A DNA stretch of 31,580 nucleotides from a virus (Duplodnaviria; Caudoviricetes), in IMG/VR virus record IMGVR_UViG_3300007640_005613, positions 1 to 31,580 of that record. One strand, 5' to 3'. A model generated the notes under the pieces. That model worked only from the letters and a program-made list of their open reading frames with translations. It made no database searches and had not been told where the DNA came from. Shown here piece by piece: positions 15,649-24,300 of the stretch. The translations under genes were made by a program, and so were the position numbers. How positions within the stretch are numbered: the stretch's first letter is position 1; the number at the start of each line of letters is the position of its first letter.

Positions 15649-16203
15649 ATGACCGAATTATACCAACCTATCTATAATGATGATGGCGAAATTACAGGCT
15701 ATGAACCTGTTGAACGTATTCCTGACGAAGTGATTGTAGAACATCCTAAATACCGTAAGGTAGTAGATGAAGCATACAAACGTCGCCAGCGTGTACGTGA
15801 GCTAGAATCTAAACTAGAGTCAAGTGACGAACAGGAAGTTGATATGCAACCGCAAGAACAACCCGAAGCAAAAGAGCCTGAACCTGAGCAACCTGCACAA
15901 CCTGTTATTGATACTGAATCGTTATACGAGCAGTTCAAAAACCGTTTGTATGCAGAGCAAGAGGCAGAGCGCAAAGCTAAACAAGACCATCAAGCGATGG
16001 TAAATCGGGTGGCTAAAGAGTACAATGTCAGTCCACAAATCTTACGTGGACAAACTGAGGATGAAATTACAGCACACGCTAAACAAATTGCGGATGCTCA
16101 GTTAAAGTTTCAAGACGTTGGGGCAAGCCCTGACAGTTCAGTTGAAATTAATGATGACCTCTGGGCGCGTATTGATGGTAAGTTAGGTCTGGGCAAACGA
16201 TAA
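15649..16203 (+). CDS. Head scaffolding protein
   Basis: Acidic coiled-coil protein between portal and capsid; LRGQTEDEITAHAKQI motif is typical of scaffolds. Start is ATG 15649 after AAGG. Confidence 0.78.
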   Translation: MTELYQPIYNDDGEITGYEPVERIPDEVIVEHPKYRKVVDEAYKRRQRVRELESKLESSDEQEVDMQPQEQPEAKEPEPEQPAQPVIDTESLYEQFKNRLYAEQEAERKAKQDHQAMVNRVAKEYNVSPQILRGQTEDEITAHAKQIADAQLKFQDVGASPDSSVEINDDLWARIDGKLGLGKR

Positions 16204-16234
16204 CTAACTAATATAATCTGAGGAGTAGCCTACA

Positions 16235-17494
16235 ATGGCAGTAAATCAATTAAGCCAAATCTTTGGCGGTAATCTTGATTTAATCCCTCATATCGAAGAA
16301 CGTGCATTTATGTACACCATGCGTAACTACGCTATGGCACAGCGCGTTACAACATACACCGATATGACAGGATTTAACAATCGTAAAATTTCTGAATACA
16401 TTCGTACCCGTCGCGCTCAAGACTTAAGCGAGGATACGGCAATTCCTGACCACATCATTAACCGTGTTCGTGAGTCAAGCATTGCGCCAAAAGAAGTCGG
16501 TGATCGTTATCGTATTTCTGACCGTCGCATGATGACAGACTTGGAAAATATCCTGTCTGATACTATCATGTTCTTGGGTCAGGCAATCGGTGACCGTAAA
16601 GAAGCTGACTTAATCAAAGTAGCAAATGACTCATTCAAACTCGGTACAATTGGTAGTGCGTCTACTGATTTTACAATCGACTTGCCTATTCAAGGGCAGT
16701 TTGTGTTCCAACAAAACGCAGTACGCGACCAAATTTACTTGGTTGTACATCCGTTCCAAGTTATGAACGTTGTAAATGACCTCGCTGGGTATCGTGGTAC
16801 AGATGCTGGTGTTAACATGAACTTCCGTGAGCAATCACTACAAGGGTTCACCATCCCAGTATTTCAAGGTCTTAACATCGCAGTTAGCGAGTTCTTGCCA
16901 CGTAAACTTGTTTACAAAGTTTCCGTTTATGGTACAGGTGGTACATTCCGTCTTGAGATTGGTACAGACCAAGAAGTTGGTACTACAATCACAGGTGAAA
17001 TCACTGCTGCATCAAGTGGCGACACAACTGCAAGCAACATCCAAACGGCACTGAACGCCCTTACAGGTCAAACAGGTTGGACAGCAACAGCAACAGACGA
17101 CGACCCTGCACGTATCACTGTTACAGCACCTGATTATGTAGATGCTGAATCACAATTGCGTGTAGCAATCGACATTGACAATCCAACATTGCCAGCACGT
17201 AAATCCGCATACGACCAAATTACAGGTCTTAGTGGCGCACCTACTGACAACGCAGGCGACAGTCTCGGTGTAACAGTACATGAAGTTAGCGGTTCTGCTA
17301 AAGCACTTATGTTTACTCGTGACGCTTTGGTTTACGATATTCGTCAACCAGTACAAGCATTTAGCGAACTTGAACATCAAGGGCGTACAATGGAAATCTC
17401 CGCTTACGAAAAATATGGTGTAGGTCACTGGCGTGACGAACGTGGCTTGTTTATTGAAACTAAAGCTAACAGTCCGCTATCAGTAACTGTTTAA
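16235..17494 (+). CDS. Major capsid protein (HK97 fold) with an inserted domain
   Basis: Strong SD GAGGAG and codon usage suggesting high expression. LSEDTAIP, LGQAIGDRKEADL, YLVVHPFQ, C-terminal YGVGHWRDERGL. Confidence 0.88.
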   Translation: MAVNQLSQIFGGNLDLIPHIEERAFMYTMRNYAMAQRVTTYTDMTGFNNRKISEYIRTRRAQDLSEDTAIPDHIINRVRESSIAPKEVGDRYRISDRRMMTDLENILSDTIMFLGQAIGDRKEADLIKVANDSFKLGTIGSASTDFTIDLPIQGQFVFQQNAVRDQIYLVVHPFQVMNVVNDLAGYRGTDAGVNMNFREQSLQGFTIPVFQGLNIAVSEFLPRKLVYKVSVYGTGGTFRLEIGTDQEVGTTITGEITAASSGDTTASNIQTALNALTGQTGWTATATDDDPARITVTAPDYVDAESQLRVAIDIDNPTLPARKSAYDQITGLSGAPTDNAGDSLGVTVHEVSGSAKALMFTRDALVYDIRQPVQAFSELEHQGRTMEISAYEKYGVGHWRDERGLFIETKANSPLSVTV

Positions 17495-17519
17495 TACTAA
17501 CCTAGAAAGGGGGTCATAA

Positions 17520-18071
17520 ATGGCAGTACGCTCAGGTATGACCTCACTTGTATCACATCTGCGCCAGCATAGTAATGCTAGTACATCAGATGTTTTCAAT
17601 GGGGTTACGTACTGGACAGACGACCAATTACAGGATGTGTTAGACCAGTATGCAATGATTGGTCAAACGATACCGCTAGTTAAAATCAGCGCGTATGACA
17701 AAACGAATTATAAGCTAAATCTAACAATGCCCTACTGGCTTGAAAGCGGGTTTAAAATATACGTCCGCGATACGACAGTAGAAGAAACAACAGGGTTTAC
17801 TTATAACCCGTTAACACATCAAATTGTTTTTGATAGTGACATTGCAGAGACCCGTGATTTAGTAGCTCATGCTACGGTGTATGTCATGACAGATGCGATT
17901 GCATCGGTATGGGAGCAGAAAGCTCAGCACCGTGAGAACTTTATCACAAACAAAGCAGGGTCTAATCGTTTTCAAGCAGAGCAAATTGTAGAACACTGTA
18001 AAATGCAAGCCTGTTATTGGCGCAATTTACGTGTTCGTTCGTTTAAACGTCGTAGTAGTAGGTTTGCATAA
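17520..18071 (+). CDS. Putative head-tail adaptor
   Basis: Follows the capsid gene; helical N- and C-termini (YWTDDQLQDVLD; DAIASVWEQKA). Confidence 0.65.
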   Translation: MAVRSGMTSLVSHLRQHSNASTSDVFNGVTYWTDDQLQDVLDQYAMIGQTIPLVKISAYDKTNYKLNLTMPYWLESGFKIYVRDTTVEETTGFTYNPLTHQIVFDSDIAETRDLVAHATVYVMTDAIASVWEQKAQHRENFITNKAGSNRFQAEQIVEHCKMQACYWRNLRVRSFKRRSSRFA

Positions 18072-18469
18072 TGAACCCAACAACATTCTATGATGACCAA
18101 ATGGCAATTATCCGCAAGTTAACGTTAGACACGTTAATTGATACATGCAACATTAAACGGTTGGGTGTATCAACAGTAGACGGGCGAGGTATCGCAACTA
18201 AAAGTACACCTACGGACGTTACATATAATGGTAGCACAGAAATTCCGTGTCGTGTAGATGTAGCTCGGGCATTTATGAATGACCGTACACTGCCGCAAGT
18301 TGTCGTAACAGATAACTATGCGTTATTTCTACCTCACGACATTGACATTCAAGAGAATGACAATGTTATATGGAAAGAACAGCAGTACGACATTCGCAAA
18401 TTGATACGAGCAGGTGAGATGGGTGCTTACACAGAAGCTATGATAGTAGTCACGGATAGAGTTCAATGA
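18071..18469 (+). CDS. Putative head-closure protein
   Basis: DTCNIKR...DGRG...IPCRV...LPHDIDIQENDNVIW...YDI pattern of head-tail joining proteins. Confidence 0.72.
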   Translation: MNPTTFYDDQMAIIRKLTLDTLIDTCNIKRLGVSTVDGRGIATKSTPTDVTYNGSTEIPCRVDVARAFMNDRTLPQVVVTDNYALFLPHDIDIQENDNVIWKEQQYDIRKLIRAGEMGAYTEAMIVVTDRVQ

Positions 18470-18945
18470 TAAAGATAAAAGCAAAGCTGAACTATGAACA
18501 CAAAAAAGCATTTGAGAATACTACCATCAAACTAGAACGTATGATGGAAAACGATGCTATACAGGTTACACGTGAAACTGCAGAGGAAATTGTCAAGTAT
18601 ATAACAGAAAATTGGAGTCCTCGCCCATCTCGAGAAGGTCAGTTCCCTGCAAAACGTGATGGGTATCTTAACGATGGTATCACTGTTGAAAAACAAGGGC
18701 GTAACAGAGGGCGGTTTGCTGGTAAATATGGTACATCGCACTTTATCCGTTTTGATACAAGTGACTCTGGTCGTGGGCAGTATGCGTTAGCGGTTAACGA
18801 TGGTAACAGAATAACAAATGCAGCAGAACGTCCATACATTGAACCTACTATGAAAAAGTTTGCTTCTGTTTATGAAGATAAACTTATAGAACGTATTCGG
18901 TTACAAACCATTGGTGGCAAGAAAGTACCACGACCTAGAGGTTAA
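18466..18945 (+). CDS. Neck / tail-completion protein (HK97 gp10-like)
   Basis: PAKRDGYLNDGI...YALAVNDG...AERPYIEP motif; basic protein. Confidence 0.75.
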   Translation: MIKIKAKLNYEHKKAFENTTIKLERMMENDAIQVTRETAEEIVKYITENWSPRPSREGQFPAKRDGYLNDGITVEKQGRNRGRFAGKYGTSHFIRFDTSDSGRGQYALAVNDGNRITNAAERPYIEPTMKKFASVYEDKLIERIRLQTIGGKKVPRPRG

Positions 18946-18948
18946 CTT

Positions 18949-19749
18949 ATGACAAGTATTTTAGCAACCCATATAACATATAGAGGTACAACCTATACTA
19001 ATGATGGGTCGCTTGTCATTAAAGAGACCCGTCCTGTTATTGACATTAGATTTGAGTGTGACGACCCAATCACTGGTTTAGATTTAATTGTGTCAAATAC
19101 AGATACTGACGAATATGACGACCCGTTATTTTTCTACCGTGAAATACGCGCAGGGGGTAATGGGGTAAACGGTGTTATATATTTAGGTGATTGTACCTTT
19201 CGAGTACGCCCAGAGGTGAATGAGAATTGTAATAATTTCTACATTCGTGGTTACGATAAGCATACAGTCGGGGGTCATGTAAACTTTACGTTTAGCGTGG
19301 ATTTGACTACAGGATATACAAATTCATGGCAATACTTAGGGTCTACAATACTCAGAGATACACTGATAGCAAATCTAGATGAACAAGCGTTGATTACAAT
19401 CACTGAAAACGATGTAATCAAAATTTTCTGGGAGGGAGCAGACGAATCTTGGGAACAACCGTTTATAATCATCGAATTGCTTTCGGGGGGTGATTTAAAT
19501 TCTTCACGGGTTGCATATGCCGAAATGTTGTGGCGCGTGGTTTGCCATTCTCCAGAATTGGCTACGGCAGGTCAGTTGGAGGACGCGATATACAAATCTT
19601 TATCAGGTGAAGACCCTGTGGTTAATTTCACAGACATCACGAGTACGAAAATAGAAGAAATTGCACCCGTCACTGATAGGTATCAGGTGCAAAACGTACC
19701 ACTATTTATAAGTGGAGGCGTTTATCAAATACGGCTTACTAAGGAGTAG
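18949..19749 (+). CDS. Tail terminator-like protein with an extra N-terminal domain
   Basis: C-terminal half (IFWEGA...PFIII...WRVVCHS...LEDAIYKSL) fits the tail-terminator pattern; lies before the tail tube gene. Confidence 0.65.
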   Translation: MTSILATHITYRGTTYTNDGSLVIKETRPVIDIRFECDDPITGLDLIVSNTDTDEYDDPLFFYREIRAGGNGVNGVIYLGDCTFRVRPEVNENCNNFYIRGYDKHTVGGHVNFTFSVDLTTGYTNSWQYLGSTILRDTLIANLDEQALITITENDVIKIFWEGADESWEQPFIIIELLSGGDLNSSRVAYAEMLWRVVCHSPELATAGQLEDAIYKSLSGEDPVVNFTDITSTKIEEIAPVTDRYQVQNVPLFISGGVYQIRLTKE

Positions 19750-19752
19750 AAT

Positions 19753-20505
19753 ATGCCACGTATTACCAGTGCGAAAACATACGCTGAGTTTAAACACGGT
19801 CGCGGTGCTGACCCACAGCCACACATCGCTCAGTTTGTATTTAATGATACACTCACGGGTGGGACTTTCCGCCTACGTGTAAACGGTGAGGAAACTGCTG
19901 ACATCACATTTAGCGATACTGAAGCAGACCTCATCACAGCAGTAGACGCAGCTCTCGATGCACTCGCAGGTCTTGATGCAGGTGAGCTTGCAATGACAGG
20001 TACTGACCTTGTCGATATGACTTTGACATCAAACGTTAACAAGTTCTATCGTATTGAAAGCGTTTCTGATGCTGAAGCACTCACAGGCGCATCAACAAAT
20101 GACGCACATCTAACCATCAACACAACACAAATTGGTGGCGATTGGATTGCATTATCTGCTGACATGTCCGAGTTCTCTTACGAGGAAACATCCGAAACAA
20201 CTGACGTAACAGGTTTGTCACAACTCGAAACCGAGATGCTTGTCGTAAAATCCAACGCATCATTTAACCTGTCGCTATACGAAGCAAATCAAGATTGGTC
20301 ACCACAAATTTACAGTGGTATCGAAGGACGTTTGCGCGTATTTAACGAAGGTAAAGTTGTCGGCAAGAAATACTTGGAAATGGAAGTATTGCTTGAAACC
20401 GTTAGCGGTACAACCCCTGACCATGACGTACTCGAAAAAGAACTTTCAGGTATGCGTCAAGGCGCGTGGATTGCACCACCAGATAGCTACTGGAAAGGTA
20501 GCTGA
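19753..20505 (+). CDS. Major tail (tube) protein with an inserted domain
   Basis: SD AAGGAG and capsid-like codon usage. LSADMSEFSYEETSETTDVT tube motif; upstream of the chaperone and tape measure. Confidence 0.8.
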   Translation: MPRITSAKTYAEFKHGRGADPQPHIAQFVFNDTLTGGTFRLRVNGEETADITFSDTEADLITAVDAALDALAGLDAGELAMTGTDLVDMTLTSNVNKFYRIESVSDAEALTGASTNDAHLTINTTQIGGDWIALSADMSEFSYEETSETTDVTGLSQLETEMLVVKSNASFNLSLYEANQDWSPQIYSGIEGRLRVFNEGKVVGKKYLEMEVLLETVSGTTPDHDVLEKELSGMRQGAWIAPPDSYWKGS

Positions 20506-20534
20506 TAATTAATTTTTGTAGTATAATATAGATA

Positions 20535-20557
20535 AGAGGGTCAATTGTTGACCCTCT
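20535..20557 (+). other. Hairpin between tail tube and chaperone genes
   Basis: AGAGGGTCAA-TTG-TTGACCCTCT, a 10-bp perfect stem with no U-tract. Confidence 0.55.
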
Positions 20558-20579
20558 CCCCATCAATATAGGAGACCCC

Positions 20580-21059
20580 ATGAACGTAAATTTTAAACTG
20601 TCCGATTGGACTTATATGGAATACAACGAATTTCTTTCTGCTTTTGGTAAGCAAGATTTTCGTGGCGCAGGACATTTGATTGAGAAGATCGTAAAAGATT
20701 GGTCAGCATTTGACGGTGTACCAGCAGATGCAGAACACCCATTTGACCACATGGCTTTAGAAGATGCGACAGCGTTGATTCATGCAATTCAAGCCAACGC
20801 AAAAGCATACGTAGACGAACTAGACACTAGCGACGACGTAACAGTTGACTTGTCAAAGTGGCGTTGGCTTGAGTTTAACATTTTTCAAGAAGCTATCTCT
20901 GGTGGTAACACTAAGAAAGCTGTTGAAATGATGTTAGAAGTAACTCGACTTAAAAAAGGACACCCTAAGTCTATTGAAACACTAAATGCTGTGCAAGGCA
21001 TGGTGTTGATGCAAGCCCTGAGCCAGAAAATTCAGAAAGTATTCTCTGCAAAAAACTAG
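20580..21059 (+). CDS. Tail assembly chaperone (gpG-like)
   Basis: Lies between tube and tape measure; ends in slippery GCA AAA AAC TAG. Confidence 0.8.
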   Translation: MNVNFKLSDWTYMEYNEFLSAFGKQDFRGAGHLIEKIVKDWSAFDGVPADAEHPFDHMALEDATALIHAIQANAKAYVDELDTSDDVTVDLSKWRWLEFNIFQEAISGGNTKKAVEMMLEVTRLKKGHPKSIETLNAVQGMVLMQALSQKIQKVFSAKN

Positions 21060-21292
21060 ACGACGCTATCTACAAATCTCGCATTTACAAAGCCCCACTA
21101 ACCCCAGAACAGACACAAAAAATTATAGAAACAAAACTGTGGTTGGTGGGTCAACCCATGAGCGAGGTGCGAGGATTAAGCCTTGAAGATATTGGCAACA
21201 TTCTCGGGTTCTGGGAAGAAAATAACAGAGCAGATGAGAAAGAGCGTCGTACTAGAGACAAGTTGTCAAAAATGAACAAAGGCAAAAAGTAG
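21050..21292 (+). CDS. Tail assembly chaperone -1 frameshift extension (gpGT-like; full product 20580..21292)
   Basis: A AAA AAC heptamer at 21050-21056. The -1 frame stays open for 78 codons (LDDAIYKSRIYKAPL...KMNKGKK) to TAG 21290-21292. Confidence 0.8.
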   Translation, partial: KKLDDAIYKSRIYKAPLTPEQTQKIIETKLWLVGQPMSEVRGLSLEDIGNILGFWEENNRADEKERRTRDKLSKMNKGKK

Positions 21293-21317
21293 ATAGCGTA
21301 CATCTAAGGAGAAAGAC

Positions 21318-24300
21318 ATGGCAGAAAGATTAGCCTACTTAGAGGCGGTTGTCGGCGCGGATATTACACAGTTCCGTAAAGGTATGCGCGACATCCGTAA
21401 TGAGACAGGCATTTTATCTGAGACTATATCAGGGATTAGCGGTGCGGCACGTACCGCCACCTTTGCAATCTCAGCTCCCCTAGCCACACTCGGCACATAC
21501 ACAGTACAAGCGGCATCAGACTTCGATGCTGCTATGCGTAACATCAACTCCATTACGGGCATGTCCGAAGCACAATTGAAGAGTTTGTCCGATGAAGTTC
21601 GGGCGTTTAGTTCCACTACTCGTGGTGGTGCTGTAGACGCTGCTAATTCGTTGTACACTGTATTTAGTGCAGGTGTTACTGATATTGAATTAGCAATGAA
21701 CACGATGGAAGTTGCGACTAAGACAGCAGATGCTGGTCTTGCTGATATGGAAACTACCACTGAAGCATTGGTAGCATCTATGTTGTCGTATGGCACTGAA
21801 GTAGTTAGTGCTGAACGTGCGAGTGATTCATTAACCCAGATGGTTCAAATTGGTGTGGGGTCGATGCAGAACTTTGCAAACTCCCTATCTAAAGCATTAC
21901 CATCAGCGGCGGCGTTAGGTGTTGAGATTGAAGATTTGTACGCATCTATGGCGTACATGACACAGCGTAGTTTTAGCGCATCAGAAGCGGCGACTGCTAT
22001 CAATCAGGGTATGTCATCACTGATGAAACCAACTGAGGACATGGAAAAAGCCATGCGTAGTTTGGGTGCTAACGGCGTTGAAGAATTGATGGAAAAATAT
22101 AAAACATTAGGTGGTGCTGTTAAAGCTCTTGTTGACACTACTGATGGTAGTAGCGCATCTATTGCGAAACTGTTTTCTAACATTCGTGGTAAACGTTTTG
22201 TTGATACTATCCTGAATGATTTTGATACGTATAACAAGACACTAGAAGAGTTTAACCGTACAGTAGAAGGTGCTACTGAAAGAGCTTATGCTGAGCAGAT
22301 GAAATCATTTGCAGCGCAATGGGACTTGATGACAAGTGCTGTAGAGAACGCATCCATTGCTATAGGGCTTGAACTGTTACCTGTACTAGCCCCAGTGATA
22401 GGAAAAATAGCTGAAATTTTTAGTGCTATATCTCAGTTAGAGCCTATTACGCTTAAAATGGGTGTTGCTTTTAGCGGTTTATTAATTGTCTTACCTCCGC
22501 TTATATGGTTACTATCATCACTGGTGAATCCTATTGGTGGTTTAATAACACTGTTTGGTGTTGTTACAGGGAAAATGGTAGCTGCTGAAGGTGGCATTGG
22601 TGGCTTTGTTGATAGTTTAGAAAAAGCTGTCCCTGAGCTATCTACTATTCGTAGAGAGATAGATAGAATCTTTGGTGCGCCCTATCAAACAGAAACACCT
22701 ACTGCTGAAGATTTAGGTCTATATGCGTATGAAACCGCGCCTATTGACTTTGCAACTATGCAATCAGGTGACACAATATGGGATTACTTTTTAACACGTA
22801 CAGATACAAACCAAACGTGGGATGAGTTTAAACAAGAGTGGATTGACCGTAATGGTAAGCTAACCTTTAGTGTGGGCGATTTAGTTGAACTCCCAACAGG
22901 CTCATTTATGGAATGGGTCGGTGAAGAGTTAATGAGTGCTAGTGAGTTACGTGAAGCATACCGTAAACAAGAAGTGTACACAAGTGACTTTTATGAAATG
23001 AATACTGATACAGAAGCATGGAGTGTCCCTATGGAAATGCAGATGTTGCAGTTGCGGCAGACCATAGATGACAATATTAAACCTGCTATCATAGGCATTG
23101 CTAAACAAGTTAGTACATGGTTTACTAACTCGTTTAATCTTGTAATTGCATCTATTGATGAATTTGGCAGTGAAATGTTTGATTCATTGACACAAGCCAT
23201 GCAGTTAATGGTAACGGGTAAACTTCTGGGGTTATTTAGTACCGATATTTTAAGTGAAAAAGTTGGTGACTTTTTTAACATAGATGTTAGAACTCCTTTT
23301 AAAAACTTAATTTCATCGTTTAATACGTTCTTGTTAAACTTTGGTGACTGGTTAGTCAGTGTTGGACTACCTGTACTGTTTAGAGGTATCGGTAGATTCG
23401 TATCAGAAAGTGCGAATCTAGGTATCAAATTGTTGTCAAAGTTTGGTGACTTTTTAAAAGATGTTAACCTTACGACGCTTGCTAATGATATACAGTATGC
23501 CATTATTGACCCGTTTTTACAAGGTTTTGACGACCTGTTCGGGGCTAAAACAGGAACAATTTTAAAGAACAAGTTTCAACTTGCGGGTCTAAAAATTGTT
23601 CAAGGCTTAACTAATATCTTTGACCAGATAAAAAGTAACTTTACTATAGATTCACTAAGTGACTTTATTGGGGATATTTTCGATATTAACCCAGCTAAAT
23701 CAATGCCTACACTATTTTCAAGCCTGCGTACACTAGCGGATAACATCGGCTCATGGTTAATTGACGTAGGTATACCTATGGTAGCTAAAGGTGCAGGTCG
23801 GTTTATTAGTGAAGTGGCAATTTTATTTGTAAAAGGGTTTGCAAACCTAACAAGTCTAATTGGTGCGGGTAACTTTCAAACACTTATAGATACCATTGTA
23901 ACACCATTTACCGACGGGTTAAAGGCTAGTTTTGATACAGCATTTTCGTTTAACGATTTTATTGCAACGTTTGAAAAAGGTGTTGTAAACATCATTACGT
24001 TCTTACGTAATGTGTTTGCAAACCTAACACAATATATCAGTCCGACGCTTATTGGTGATGCTATTGGCTTATTGTTTAACCTAGATGACAATACAACAAT
24101 ATTACCAAACATTACAGCTAATTTCTCTACATTGCTATCTGAAGTAGGGAATTGGATAATCACTGATGGTATACCATTACTTACTTATGGTATTGGTAGA
24201 CTTTGGGGTGAGCTAGGTATCTTAATGGGTGAAGGTCTCGCGGGGCTTGGAAACTACATTGAAAGTGGAAATTTTGGTAACGCAACACAAGCACTTGCAG

